Source: Desulfobacterales bacterium (GTDB taxonomy: Bacteria; Desulfobacterota; Desulfobacteria; Desulfobacterales; UBA2174). Taken from it: a DNA stretch of 64,000 nucleotides. The stretch spans positions 384,001-448,000 of the forward strand of contig CAXXWC010000021.1 in NCBI GenBank assembly GCA_963668645.2, read 5' to 3'. The translations under genes and the position numbers were made by a program. Of this stretch, positions 1 to 10,525 are shown one piece after another (position 1 is the first letter of the stretch; the number at the start of each line of letters is the position of its first letter). Below the pieces are notes generated by a model. The model saw nothing but the letters and a program-made list of their open reading frames with translations, was not told the origin of the DNA and made no database searches.

Positions 1-1
1 C

Positions 2-295
2 GTGCCCAAGGCCGATTTCAAGCAGGCCATGGAGATCGAGGAAAAACTCGCCGCCGAAATCGGCGCCGAGGACGTCTTCGGCGATCCCAGCATCTCCAAG
101 GTCTCGGTGGTGGGGGTGGGGATGAAGAACCACAGCGGGGTAGCCTCGGTGATGTTCAACACCCTGGCGCGCGAGAACATCAACATCATGATGATCAGCA
201 CCTCGGAAATCCGTATCTCGTGCATCATCGAGGAAAAATATACCGAGCTGGCGGTGCGGGTGCTGCACACGGCTTTCGGTCTGGACGCCGACTGA
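2..295 (+). CDS. lysC: Aspartate kinase, C-terminal ACT domain (5' partial)
   Basis: [16 protein letters not shown]...[16 protein letters not shown]...LHTAFGL is the typical aspartokinase C-terminus. Confidence 0.93.
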   Translation: MPKADFKQAMEIEEKLAAEIGAEDVFGDPSISKVSVVGVGMKNHSGVASVMFNTLARENINIMMISTSEIRISCIIEEKYTELAVRVLHTAFGLDAD

Positions 296-311
296 CCCCC
301 CATAAAATCAT

Positions 312-346
312 TCGGCCCCGGCCCGTCTTTTCCGGGCCGGGGCCGA
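312..346. terminator. GC-rich hairpin, probable terminator
   Basis: Perfect 14-bp stem tcggccccggcccg / cgggccggggccga after the lysC stop. Confidence 0.7.
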
Positions 347-359
347 TTAACATTTCCCC

Positions 360-455
360 ATGAAGCGATTCACGCCGGATCAGCAGCGGGTGGTGGTGTT
401 GCTGGCCGCCGTATTGGCGGCGCTGCTGGCCTGCCGCTACTTTCTGTTCCCCTGA
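360..455 (+). CDS. Candidate 31-aa single-pass membrane protein
   Basis: MKRFTPDQQRVVVLLAAVLAALLACRYFLFP; host-like G/C third positions; no clear RBS. Confidence 0.4.
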   Translation: MKRFTPDQQRVVVLLAAVLAALLACRYFLFP

Positions 456-1213
456 TCCGGGATCCCAACCCGCAGCGCGGCCAGGCCCTGGGCAATCTCG
501 CCGGCCACGGCTTCGGCGGCCCGGCGCGGGTCGGGCGCGTCACGGATCGGCCGGCCGATCACGAGGTAATCGGCCCGGCTGCAAATGGCATCGGCCGGCG
601 TGGCCACCCGCTTCTGGTCGTCGGCCCCCACGCGGACGTTGGCCGGCCGGACTCCCGGCGTGACGGCCAGCAGCCGATGACCGAATCCGTCTTTGAGCGG
701 GTTCAGTTCGCGCGGTGAGCAGACCACCCCGGCGCAGCCGGCAGCCGCGGCCATGGCCGCCCGGGCCAGAACGAGCCGCTCGGGTACATCGGCCAGTTCC
801 TGGCGCAGCCCGGCGCGGCGCAAATCTTCGGGCCCCACGCTGGTGAGCACCGTTACGCCCAGCACGGCGGTGCGCCCGGCAGCCCCGCGCACCGCCGCCT
901 CGAGCATGGCCGGCGAATCGACGCAGTGCACCGTGACAAAGTCCACCCCCAGATCCGCCACGGCCCGCATGGCCCGCTCCACGGTTACCGGGATATCGTG
1001 CAGTTTCAAGTCGAGAAAGATCTTGGCCCCCGTACGCCGGCGCAGCAGTTCCACCACCGCCGGCCCTTCGCGCACGAAAAGCTCCAGACCGATCTTGAAC
1101 ATGCCCACTGCGCCTTCCAGGGCATCCACCAGAGGCCAGGCTTCGGCGGCAGAGGGCAGATCCAGGGGGAAGACGATATAGTCGTGGGGCGGCCTGATCC
1201 GTTCTGTATTCAT
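437..1213 (-). CDS. pyrF: Orotidine-5'-phosphate decarboxylase
   Basis: IFLDLKLHDIPVTV, GVTVLTS, VTPGVRP, DDQKRVATP, VIGRPI motifs. Confidence 0.97.
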   Translation of the reverse strand: MNTERIRPPHDYIVFPLDLPSAAEAWPLVDALEGAVGMFKIGLELFVREGPAVVELLRRRTGAKIFLDLKLHDIPVTVERAMRAVADLGVDFVTVHCVDSPAMLEAAVRGAAGRTAVLGVTVLTSVGPEDLRRAGLRQELADVPERLVLARAAMAAAAGCAGVVCSPRELNPLKDGFGHRLLAVTPGVRPANVRVGADDQKRVATPADAICSRADYLVIGRPIRDAPDPRRAAEAVAGEIAQGLAALRVGIPDQGNRK

Positions 1214-1390
1214 ACGAGACTCCCTTTGCGCCGATCAGCCAGGCCGGGTCTGCCCTGGCGATCGGCATCGCTTCATGTTATCCTGGCACCCATCGCGGCC
1301 GCAGCCATGGGATGGGCAGGCGGTCGCGCAACCGTCCGGGGTCCTTGCGGTCCGAGTCGTATCTTCCGCCGCAGCGAGCATAATCGAAAA

Positions 1391-2971
1391 ATGAGCCGAA
1401 CGCAAAAGCCAGACAGGGCCTGGCCGGCCCTGGCCGACCTGCCCCAGCGCTGGGACCTGATCGTCCTTGGCGGCGGCATCACCGGTGCCGGCGTCCTGCT
1501 GGAAGCGGTGCGCCGCGGCTTGAAAACCCTGCTTCTCGAGGCCCGCGATTTTGCCTGGGGCACATCGAGCCGCAGCTCCAAGCTGGTCCACGGCGGACTG
1601 CGGTACCTGCGCCAGGGGCGCCTCGGCCTGACCCGCGCCGCGGTGATCGAACGCGAACATCTGCTCCATCATGCACCCGGTCTGGTCGATCCCCTCGATT
1701 TTCTGGTCCCCCTTTTCAAGGGACGCAAACCGGGCCGCACCGCCATGCACGCCGGATTGAAGATCTATGATCTCATCGCCGGCCGCAACACCCACAGTTT
1801 CCTGGAGGCCGGCACGGCCCGGCAAACCGTTCCCTGGTTGCGCAGCGACGCCTTGACCGGAGCCTACCGCTTCCAAGACGCCCAGACCGACGATGCCCGC
1901 CTGGTGCTGCGGATTCTTCAAGAGGCCCGTGATCACGACGGAGCGGCCCTCAACTACACCGCCGCGCACAGCGTGCAGCGCGACCGCCGGGGAAGGATCG
2001 CGGCGGTGGCGGTCCGGGACAGCGAAACCGGCGCCACCCGCTCGTTCACCACCCCGGCCGTCATCAACGCCACCGGGGTCTGGGCCGAAAGGCTTCAGGG
2101 GCCGCCGGCCGGAGGTCCCCGGTTGCGCCCCCTGCGCGGCTCCCACCTGGTTTTGCCCGCGGCCCGCCTGCCGATGAATCTGGCAGTGAGCTTCTGGCAC
2201 CCTGCCGACGACCGGAGCGTCTTTGTCCTGCCCTGGCAGGGTACTGTTCTGGCAGGCACCACCGACCTGGATCACGACCAGGACCTGGATCAGGAACCGC
2301 AGGCCACCCCGGCAGAGATCGAATACCTGCTGGACGCGGTGAACCATATCGCCCCTGGGGCCCAGATCGGCACGGCGGACATCATCTGCACCCAGGCCGG
2401 GGTCCGGCCGGTGGTCGCGGGCTCCAGGAAACGGTCCGCCTCGGATGAATCCCGGGAGCACGCCGTATGGATCGATAATGGGCTGGTCACGGTCACCGGC
2501 GGCAAGTTGACCACCTTCCGGCGCCTGGCCCTCGACGCCCTCGAAGCCGCATCTCCATGGCTGCCCGCGCCGCGGGTGCCCGACCGGCACCGGCCCGTCT
2601 TCGATCCGGTGCCCGAATGCCCGGCGGCTCGTGAAGCCCTCGATCCGGCCGCCTGGCGCCGTCTGGCCGGACGCTACGGCCGCCACTGCGCCCGGATCGC
2701 GGCCCGGCAGGATACGGCCATGCTAAGACCCATCGCCGGCACTTCGATCCTCTGGACCGAGCTGGTGCACGCGGCCGCCGGCGAGGCGGTGCGCCATCTA
2801 AGCGATCTGCTGTTGCGGCGGGTGCGCCTGGGGCTGATCCTGCCCGAGGCGGGCCGGGACCTGCTGCCCCAGATCCGCCGGCTCTGCCAGCCGGTACTTG
2901 GCTGGGACGATGCGCGCTGGAAGGCCGAAGAGCAGGCCTATCTACAGTTGTGGAAACGCTGCGGGAAATAA
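1391..2971 (+). CDS. FAD-dependent glycerol-3-phosphate dehydrogenase/oxidase family protein
   Basis: GGGITGAG, GTSSRSSKLVHGGLRYL, GGKLTTFR; start placed at ATG 1391. Confidence 0.9.
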   Translation: MSRTQKPDRAWPALADLPQRWDLIVLGGGITGAGVLLEAVRRGLKTLLLEARDFAWGTSSRSSKLVHGGLRYLRQGRLGLTRAAVIEREHLLHHAPGLVDPLDFLVPLFKGRKPGRTAMHAGLKIYDLIAGRNTHSFLEAGTARQTVPWLRSDALTGAYRFQDAQTDDARLVLRILQEARDHDGAALNYTAAHSVQRDRRGRIAAVAVRDSETGATRSFTTPAVINATGVWAERLQGPPAGGPRLRPLRGSHLVLPAARLPMNLAVSFWHPADDRSVFVLPWQGTVLAGTTDLDHDQDLDQEPQATPAEIEYLLDAVNHIAPGAQIGTADIICTQAGVRPVVAGSRKRSASDESREHAVWIDNGLVTVTGGKLTTFRRLALDALEAASPWLPAPRVPDRHRPVFDPVPECPAAREALDPAAWRRLAGRYGRHCARIAARQDTAMLRPIAGTSILWTELVHAAAGEAVRHLSDLLLRRVRLGLILPEAGRDLLPQIRRLCQPVLGWDDARWKAEEQAYLQLWKRCGK

Positions 2972-3007
2972 ATTCGATGACGTATCACGGCTCAACTTGT
3001 TATCCCG

Positions 3008-3079
3008 CCACAGCGGCACAGAAAACTCGGCGCATTGATGTTTTGTGTTTGTTTCTCCGTGTTCTCTTTGCCCCTGTGG
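3008..3079. repeat. Imperfect intergenic palindrome (REP/MITE-like)
   Basis: ccacagcggcacagaaaac ... gttctctttgcccctgtgg, with an AT-richer spacer inside a GC-rich operon. Confidence 0.45.
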
Positions 3080-3136
3080 TGAAAATAGAAGTGGCACTCT
3101 CTACCAATGGACCATAGTTCCTGGAGGCCCTCTGCC

Positions 3137-4822
3137 ATGCCCCCTTCCTTCACCCCGGCCTGGCGCCATCAGCCGCCGGCACCCGGATCATGGCGCGCCG
3201 TGTTCAAATGGGGCGCGCCGGACCGGTTCAAACATCCGGGCCAGCGTCTCTATACTCTGCTCAAAGAACGTCTGGGCCTGTCGGATGATGATTTTAACTT
3301 GCCCAGGGACACCGGCGATGCCCCGGTCTGCTGCCACCGTCCGGTATCCTGGCCTGAAACCCGGGTGCAGGCCCTGACCGCCTTGGTGGGACCGGAAAAC
3401 GTGGCGCTGGACGATTTCAGCCGGGTGCGCTTTGCCACCGGTCAGAGCACGGAAGAGGCCCTGGCCCTGCGCGCGGCAGACCCCGGCCCGGTCCCCGAAG
3501 CGGTGGTGCATCCGCGATCGGTGGACGAGGTCTGCCGGGTGCTGGCCTGGTGCCACGCCGAAAAGATCCCCTTGCATGTCTATGGTGGGGGCAGTTCGGT
3601 GACCCTCGGGCTCCAGCCGGCCAAGGGCGGCGTCACGCTGGTGATGCAGACCCACATGCACCGCGTCCTGGATTTCAACGAAACCAACCAGACCGTAACC
3701 GTCGAGGCCGGAATCCTTGGCCCGGATTACGAGGCAGCCCTGCAGCACGCCCCGGATCGCTTCAGCGCCCGCCACCGCTATACCGGAGGCCATTTTCCCC
3801 AGAGCTTCGAGTTTTCCACCGTGGGCGGATGGATCGCGGCCCTGGGCTCCGGCCAGCAGTCCTCCTACTACGGCGACGCAGCCGATCTGGTGGTGGCCCA
3901 GCACTACGTGACACCGGCAGGCCAGATCCGCACCCTGGCCTACCCGGCCGCCGCCACCGGACCCCGGGTCGACGAGATGCTCAAAGGAAGCGAAGGCGCC
4001 TTCGGGGTCCTGGTCAGTGCCACCCTGAAGATCTTCCGCAGCCTGCCCGGCCAACAGCGCCGTTTTGCCTTTTTCTTTCCCTCCTGGCCCCAGGCGGTGG
4101 AAGCGGCTCGCCAGATCTCCCAGGGCCAGTTCGGCATGCCCTCGGTGCTGCGCATCTCGGACGGCGAAGAGACCGACGTGGCCATGCGGCTCTACGGCCT
4201 GGGCCATCCCATGATCGACCGCCTGCTCAACCGGTTGGGTCTGATCGCCGGGCGCCGCTGTTTGATGATCGGCCAGGCCGATGGCGAGGGAGGATTCACC
4301 CGCAACATCAAGCGCCGGGTGCGGCACATCGCCCGGCGCCACGGGGGATTCTATCTCACCGGCTATCCCACCGCGCGCTGGGCCGAAGGCCGCTTTGCCG
4401 ATCCGTACCTGCGCGAAGACCTCAACGATTTCGGCATCGCCATCGACACCCTGGAATCCACCGTGCCCTGGGACGGCCTGCACCGGCTCCACCGGATGGT
4501 GCGCGACCATATCAAGCAGCGGCCCCACACCATTTGCATGACCCATGCCTCCCATTTTTATCCCCAGGGAACCAACCTCTACTTCATCTTCATCACCCCC
4601 ATGACGGACAGCGACGATTACAAAAACTTTCAACGCGGCATCATCCGCTGCATCCTGGAAGGCGGGGGCAGCCTGAGCCACCACCACGGGGTGGGGCGCA
4701 TGATGGGGCCCTTTCTCCAGGACCATCTGGGAAGCGAACAGATGGCGGTGCTGCGGGCTCTCAAACGCCACTTCGATCCCCACGGGATCATGAACCCGGG
4801 CGGCACCCTGGGCTTGGATTGA
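3137..4822 (+). CDS. FAD-binding oxidoreductase, alkyl-dihydroxyacetone-phosphate synthase-like
   Basis: GHFPQSFEFSTVGGWIA, GSEGAFGV, SHHHGVG, DPHGIMNPG; RBS GGAGG at 3123. Confidence 0.88.
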   Translation: MPPSFTPAWRHQPPAPGSWRAVFKWGAPDRFKHPGQRLYTLLKERLGLSDDDFNLPRDTGDAPVCCHRPVSWPETRVQALTALVGPENVALDDFSRVRFATGQSTEEALALRAADPGPVPEAVVHPRSVDEVCRVLAWCHAEKIPLHVYGGGSSVTLGLQPAKGGVTLVMQTHMHRVLDFNETNQTVTVEAGILGPDYEAALQHAPDRFSARHRYTGGHFPQSFEFSTVGGWIAALGSGQQSSYYGDAADLVVAQHYVTPAGQIRTLAYPAAATGPRVDEMLKGSEGAFGVLVSATLKIFRSLPGQQRRFAFFFPSWPQAVEAARQISQGQFGMPSVLRISDGEETDVAMRLYGLGHPMIDRLLNRLGLIAGRRCLMIGQADGEGGFTRNIKRRVRHIARRHGGFYLTGYPTARWAEGRFADPYLREDLNDFGIAIDTLESTVPWDGLHRLHRMVRDHIKQRPHTICMTHASHFYPQGTNLYFIFITPMTDSDDYKNFQRGIIRCILEGGGSLSHHHGVGRMMGPFLQDHLGSEQMAVLRALKRHFDPHGIMNPGGTLGLD

Positions 4823-4849
4823 AGGTATGCATCTTGATCGCGAGGCCCC

Positions 4850-6415
4850 ATGACCACCACCGACCTGCTCTTGGCCATCGATACCGGCACCCAGAGCCTC
4901 AAGGCCCTGGTCTTCGACCCGCAAGGAACCCTGCTGGGCCGCAAGCAGATCCATTACGAGCCCTACTTCAGCCGATACCCGGGCTGGGCCGAACAGGACC
5001 CCCAGGTTTTCTGGCAGGCCCTGTGCACCGCCTGCCAGCGGCTTTGGCTTGAGCGGCCGGAGCTCAAAAAGCACATCGCCGGTGTGGTGCTGACCACCCA
5101 GCGCTGCACAGTGGTCAACCTGGACAGTGAAGGCCGGCCCCTGCGCCCGGCCATCCTCTGGCTCGACCAGCGGCGCACCTATGGTCTGCCGCCCCTGGAC
5201 GGTCTGTGGGGCCTGGCTTTCAAAACCCTGGGCCTGGCCGATACCATCGGTTATTTTCAGGCCGAAGCCGAGGCCAACTGGATCCGTATGCACCAGCCCG
5301 AAGTCTGGAAACAGACCCACAGGTACCTGCTGCTCTCGGGTTATTTGAACTGGTGCCTTACGGGCAAATTCGCCGATTCCACCGGCAGCCAGGTGGGCTA
5401 CCTGCCCTTTGACTACAAGCGATTTCGCTGGGCTCCGGCCTGGGACTGGAAATGGCGCGCCCTGCCGATTCCGCCCGAGATGCTCCCGTCCCTGGTGCGC
5501 CCCGCCGAAGTCCTGGGCACGGTGACCACCGCAGCGGCCCGGGAAAGCGGGATCCCGGCCGGTCTGCCGGTGGTGGCGGCCGCAGCCGACAAGGCCTGCG
5601 AGGTGATCGGCTCCGGCAGCCTGGAGCCGCATATCGGGTGCCTGAGCTACGGCACCACGGCCACGGTCAACGTCACCAGCCGGCGCTACGTGGAGGCGGT
5701 GTCGATGCTGCCGCCCTACCCTTCGGCAGCCCCGGACCGTTACACTCTGGAAGTGATGATCTATCGCGGATTCTGGATGGTCAGTTGGTTCAAAAATGAG
5801 TTCGGCCAGTTGGAACAGGAGGCCGCCAGGATCGAGGGGACCACGGCCGAGGCCCTCTTCGACCGCTTGATCGAAGACACCCCTCCGGGCGCCATGGGAC
5901 TCGTGTTGCAGCCATACTGGTCACCGGGCCTGAAGTTTCCCGGACCGGAGGCCAAAGGGGCCGTGATCGGCTTCGGCGATGTCCACACCCGGGGCCATCT
6001 TTACCGGGCCATCCTCGAAGGGCTGGCCTATGGCCTGCGCGAAGGAAAAGAGCGCATCGAAAAGCGCACCGGTGTGCCGATCAGCGAGATCCGGGTTTCG
6101 GGCGGCGGCAGCCAGAGCCGCCAGGCCATGCAAATCACCGCCGACATCTTCGGTCTGCCCACGGCCCGCCCCCATCTCTACGACACCTCGGGCCTGGGTG
6201 CGGCCATCGATCTGGCCGTGGGAACTGGGCTGCATCCAAACATCGAGGCCGCCGTGGCCGCCATGACCCGCATCGGAGAGGTCTTCGCCCCGGATCCCGA
6301 GCGCCACGCGCGCTACGATGCCCTCTACCGGCGGGTCTATCGCCGGATGTACCGGCGTCTCAAACCCCTTTACGACGAGATCCGCCGCATTACCGGCTAT
6401 CCACCGGCAGGCTGA
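4850..6415 (+). CDS. FGGY-family carbohydrate kinase
   Basis: [46 protein letters not shown]. Confidence 0.92.
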   Translation: MTTTDLLLAIDTGTQSLKALVFDPQGTLLGRKQIHYEPYFSRYPGWAEQDPQVFWQALCTACQRLWLERPELKKHIAGVVLTTQRCTVVNLDSEGRPLRPAILWLDQRRTYGLPPLDGLWGLAFKTLGLADTIGYFQAEAEANWIRMHQPEVWKQTHRYLLLSGYLNWCLTGKFADSTGSQVGYLPFDYKRFRWAPAWDWKWRALPIPPEMLPSLVRPAEVLGTVTTAAARESGIPAGLPVVAAAADKACEVIGSGSLEPHIGCLSYGTTATVNVTSRRYVEAVSMLPPYPSAAPDRYTLEVMIYRGFWMVSWFKNEFGQLEQEAARIEGTTAEALFDRLIEDTPPGAMGLVLQPYWSPGLKFPGPEAKGAVIGFGDVHTRGHLYRAILEGLAYGLREGKERIEKRTGVPISEIRVSGGGSQSRQAMQITADIFGLPTARPHLYDTSGLGAAIDLAVGTGLHPNIEAAVAAMTRIGEVFAPDPERHARYDALYRRVYRRMYRRLKPLYDEIRRITGYPPAG

Positions 6416-6656
6416 GCCACGGTTTGGTGAAAATCCCTCTGTGAATCTTGTGCAGCAATATGCAAACGAAGCTTATATACGGATTTTGGCAGAAGACCGA
6501 TAACTGCTGAAAGGCCGCAGAAGTGTATTAAGCATTGTGAACAGTAACGGCCCGGAAAAATTGTAAACTTGTCTTTCCGACTCATCATTTTATAAAAGTT
6601 AAATTCTTAGTTTATAAGTTAGAGACGTTCCCCTTCTCTTCTTCCCGCTTCTTCCC

Positions 6657-6846
6657 CTGGTTCAGCCCGCTTCGTTTCCATCGCTCAACGTGTTGTCGCC
6701 AAAACCGCCGCTTGACCTCCAGAGTCTCTGCCCGTTGCTTCCGTATCACGATGATGCCTCCTTGGCTGAAATGGCCTACCGCCTCTGGAGTCCATCTGTG
6801 ACAAATTTTCAAGCCCTTGAGAAGATGCGGTTGCCCGGACGCTTAC
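6657..6846 (-). mobile_element. IS66 left-end fragment (IRL plus start of tnpA)
   Basis: Reverse complement begins GTAAGCGTCCGGGCAACCGCATC, matching the IS66 end at 23498, then diverges and breaks off in tnpA. Confidence 0.9.
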
Positions 6847-7068
6847 TTTGCCATGGAGTTCGTGTTCAGATCATAGTCCGGCATGAAGTCCTCTCTAAGT
6901 ATTTCACCAGGGTGAGTTGGCCTGATTTCTCGCTTTGTTGTATTAGGAATAGACATTGTTTTAATCATTAATGATAACCAACTGAACCGGTTTTGTTCCG
7001 CCGGTAAAAACCTGGCCTCCCCTGTTCAGGGGATTAATATCGCTCATCATATCCACGGCTGTTTAGAA

Positions 7069-7692
7069 TTAACGGATAATGACTTCAACGCGCCGGTTCT
7101 TAGGCTCGGCTACACCGTCCTTTGTCCAGACCGCAGGATTGTTCTCTCCATGGGAAGTGATTTCAACAATGGAATCGGGGCTGACCCCCATCTCAACTAA
7201 TTTCTTTCGGATTGTTTCAGCTCGCCGCATGGAAAGTTTTTCATTAAAGGTTTTATCCCCAGCCCGGTCACTGTGACCGACAATCCCGACTCTCGGGGAA
7301 GCCGTTTTTTGGATCACAGAAAGAATATCCTCTATGATCGCCTCCGATTCCTTTACAAGAACCGTTTTTCCGCTTTCAAAATACAGCTTGAAGCTATGGG
7401 TTGGCGCCGGGGTATTGGAAAGGGCCTGTTTAAATGTCGTCTGAATCTCCTCCTCACTGACAGCAAATGGATCACTTGGAGCCGCCCCGCCTCCGTACAT
7501 ACTGACACCGAACCCCTGCTGATTAACGACCCGGGAACCGCCGGCTGTGGAAACAATCACTTCTCCGGTATGCCCGTTTTCATCTGACAGCAGAATGAGC
7601 GTACTTTTGGATGGCGGTGGTGCTTTAGTGGCGCATCCAAAAATAACGATAATAAAAAAGCAGAAAACAGATATAATTCGAAAAGATTTCAT
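7069..7692 (-). CDS. OmpA-family lipoprotein
   Basis: Lipobox IFGC; GHSDRAG, NEKLSMRRA, SHGE, NRRVEV. Confidence 0.9.
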   Translation of the reverse strand: MKSFRIISVFCFFIIVIFGCATKAPPPSKSTLILLSDENGHTGEVIVSTAGGSRVVNQQGFGVSMYGGGAAPSDPFAVSEEEIQTTFKQALSNTPAPTHSFKLYFESGKTVLVKESEAIIEDILSVIQKTASPRVGIVGHSDRAGDKTFNEKLSMRRAETIRKKLVEMGVSPDSIVEITSHGENNPAVWTKDGVAEPKNRRVEVIIR

Positions 7693-7743
7693 GTGTATTA
7701 TACTTTCAAAGAGTTTTTGAACTTCGTTAAAACACAGAGTGTA

Positions 7744-8193
7744 TTATTCAACCTTGACTAAAAATCGTGTTCCACGGATACCCACGGTTCCTTCAGGTGT
7801 GTTTAATTCAACCGCATCCTCTTTCAGCTTGGACATGTTTCCTGAAATAAAATGGAGTGTTCCCTTGCCGATTTTAGAAACAAAGGATAACTGCTTTTCT
7901 TTGGGTTTATAGACATAATTATTAATAATAAATTCCGTGTCCGGACCAATGGATATCCTCGTGCTGTCCATGAATGTGATACCAAGCGATCCGTCCGGTT
8001 TTGTAATGACCGTATCATTCATCTGGACGGGATCGCCCAGTTTGGCCGGAATTGAAGATTCCCCCCGAACAATAACAGCACTGCCTTCAAGGCTTTTGAT
8101 ATATCCGGCATCCTCATGAGCAAGAGCAGTTGAATACAAGGCTGCAACCGCGAGCATGACCCAGAACGGGATGTAATAGATGGAATGTTTCAT
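7744..8193 (-). CDS. Secreted FecR-domain protein
   Basis: Signal peptide; ITFMDSTRISIGPDT; TPEGTVGIRGTRF. Confidence 0.85.
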   Translation of the reverse strand: MKHSIYYIPFWVMLAVAALYSTALAHEDAGYIKSLEGSAVIVRGESSIPAKLGDPVQMNDTVITKPDGSLGITFMDSTRISIGPDTEFIINNYVYKPKEKQLSFVSKIGKGTLHFISGNMSKLKEDAVELNTPEGTVGIRGTRFLVKVE

Positions 8194-8375
8194 TTTTCGT
8201 CTCTCCAGCTAATAAGGTCATTAAGGTTTCGTACACCCTGATGTAAGGCAACTTATCTTGCCGGGCATGCATCCGTAACATGTTAGATTCTCAATAGAGA
8301 TACACAGTTCATCGGCCTTGTGTCAAACGATATTGGCAGGGCATGCATTTCCCCCGTCCCATGAATGACACCGTC

Positions 8376-10517
8376 TTATTTCTTTGCCATAATAACCACT
8401 GTACCTGTTTCATTGTTCATGATCCGTTTTGAATGGAATTGAATCAGGGGATCATCCGGATAATCTGACTGAAGTTTCATAAACATCCCGTGCGCCAGAT
8501 CGGATCCGGCTTTCAGTTTTTCAAAAGCATCCAGATAGGCTTGGACTCTCGGACTGTTCAATTCCGCTTCCGACAAGGGTTCATAAGCATCAATGCCTTT
8601 GGTCTTCCCCTTCAGAATCAAGGTGCCAACCGGGCGGCCGGAAAAATTCCGGCATCGTTCTCTGATATTCTGGCTGACACAAATCCGGGTCCCCAGATGT
8701 TTATTCACGGCTTCCAATCGGGCGCAAGTGTTTATGGGATCGCCCAAAGCCCGGTAATCAAATATGCTGGAACCGCCGAAATTACCCACCAACACCTGTC
8801 CTGAATGGACACCGATCCGGGTGTGGCCGAGGGGGATCCCGTTCTTTTTCTGTTCGCGGGAAAAATTTTCTGAAAACCGATGGATTTCAAGGGCGCAGGC
8901 CACTGCCCGGTCGGCATGGTCCTCCTGTTCAACGGGTGCGGAAAAAATAAGGGCCACCGCATCTCCGATAATTCTGTCCAGGGTACCTTCATGTCGGAAA
9001 CTGATTTTCAAAATTTCATCTATATATGTATTCAAAACCTGGCTGACTTGAACGGGTTCCGCATTTTCCATAAAAGTTGTAAAGTTTGCCAGATCGGTCA
9101 TGACAAAAGAGCACTCCTGCATTTTCCCACCCAACTGCAGCTTTTCTGGATGGGCCATCAGGTGGTTGACCAAGTTGGGGCTGATATAGGAAGAAAATGC
9201 CTTTTTGATCCATCGGCGTTCTTTTTCGGTCTTCAAAAACCGCGAGAAGATGTTCACGATGAACATCAGGGCCAAGGGCATTGACGGAAACAGGGGATCG
9301 AAAAACAGTTTGTACTCTGTGAAGGCAAACCAGGACACCCCCAGGGTAAAGCCGATTACCTCCAAGGCAATGATTCCCAGCCACACGGGCCTAGTCCGTT
9401 TGGTCATCAGGACCAAAAGCAGCCACATGGTGCAAAGGAACAAGGCAGTGGCTGCATCAATCCAGTCGGGATGGCGAATGAAGTCTCCGGTGATCACCTG
9501 CTCCACCAGCTGAGCATGCATTTCCACGCCCGGAATCAGCCCCTGAAGCGGGCTGTAACGTAAATCGAGCAGACCTTTTGCCGACGTGCCGATAAAGAGA
9601 ATATGACCGGTTATGGTTTGCGGGTCAAATTCACCGGCCAGAATGCTGCCGGCAGAGACATACCGTTCCGGAACAGACGGCGAGTAATGAAGCCAGACCT
9701 CTCCTTTCGGATCGGTAGGGATGTTCACGGCTCCGATCTGCACTGAAACAATTCCGGTATGCCCCCCGTGACGTTTTTCTCCACTGGCGCCTGAAGCCCG
9801 GATCAACATATTTTTTTCCCCCTGGGCGACCCGGAGGGCTTCAGCAGCGAGTCCTGGGAAAAGTCTGTTGCGGATGTTGACCAGCAAAGGCAGGTGTCGG
9901 ATCACTCCGTCCCGGTCGGCCAGAAAATTAAACGCGCCGATCCCTGCGGCACTCTTTTCCAATATCTCAAGATTCCTGACAGTTCCTTGAAATTCATGTA
10001 AAAACTGTCTGGGATCATCACCTGCGGTAATAAACCGGGCAATCTGTGGCGGTGGTGATACCGCCGTTTGTGCGGATGAACACGAAAACCCCAGAACAAC
10101 CAAGCCGTTCTGAATTTTTTGGGCAAACACCTCGTCATGATCCGGCAACTGGCCGAGCAAAGCGGCAACTTCCGGAGACTCCGGATAGATGCTGGCCAGA
10201 GCCCGAGGAGATGTCCGATCCGGTTCAGCAAAAACAATATCGAACACGATGGCCGATGCTCCTGCATCGGCCAGTTTATCTATGAGTACGGCCAACTGGG
10301 TGCGTGGCCAGGGCCATTGTCCGAATCTGGCCAGGCTCTCATCATCAATATCTATAATACGAACGGGAACGGGCGTATATCTGCGAGGCCAGTTTTTCTG
10401 ATAGGTATCAAAAGACAGATTCGCGCAGATCTGTTTGATTCCTTTGTCTTGAATCAAAATCCATATTGATGCCAGCAAGATAAAAAGTGAGACCCAGATA
10501 TGTGCTTTTTTGAACAA
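8376..10517 (-). CDS. CHASE2-domain class III adenylate/guanylate cyclase
   Basis: IDIDDESL...GQWPWPR (CHASE2), three TM helices, TDLANFT, IIGDAV, RIGVHSG, LGDPINTCARLE. Confidence 0.92.
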   Translation of the reverse strand: MFKKAHIWVSLFILLASIWILIQDKGIKQICANLSFDTYQKNWPRRYTPVPVRIIDIDDESLARFGQWPWPRTQLAVLIDKLADAGASAIVFDIVFAEPDRTSPRALASIYPESPEVAALLGQLPDHDEVFAQKIQNGLVVLGFSCSSAQTAVSPPPQIARFITAGDDPRQFLHEFQGTVRNLEILEKSAAGIGAFNFLADRDGVIRHLPLLVNIRNRLFPGLAAEALRVAQGEKNMLIRASGASGEKRHGGHTGIVSVQIGAVNIPTDPKGEVWLHYSPSVPERYVSAGSILAGEFDPQTITGHILFIGTSAKGLLDLRYSPLQGLIPGVEMHAQLVEQVITGDFIRHPDWIDAATALFLCTMWLLLVLMTKRTRPVWLGIIALEVIGFTLGVSWFAFTEYKLFFDPLFPSMPLALMFIVNIFSRFLKTEKERRWIKKAFSSYISPNLVNHLMAHPEKLQLGGKMQECSFVMTDLANFTTFMENAEPVQVSQVLNTYIDEILKISFRHEGTLDRIIGDAVALIFSAPVEQEDHADRAVACALEIHRFSENFSREQKKNGIPLGHTRIGVHSGQVLVGNFGGSSIFDYRALGDPINTCARLEAVNKHLGTRICVSQNIRERCRNFSGRPVGTLILKGKTKGIDAYEPLSEAELNSPRVQAYLDAFEKLKAGSDLAHGMFMKLQSDYPDDPLIQFHSKRIMNNETGTVVIMAKK

Positions 10518-10525
10518 TTTTTCCC

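Noticed and set aside
3188..5632. Long antisense ORFs (also 1235-2686, 16233-17642, 59840-61324, 61817-63388)
   Set aside because: Shadow frames of well-supported genes in GC-rich DNA
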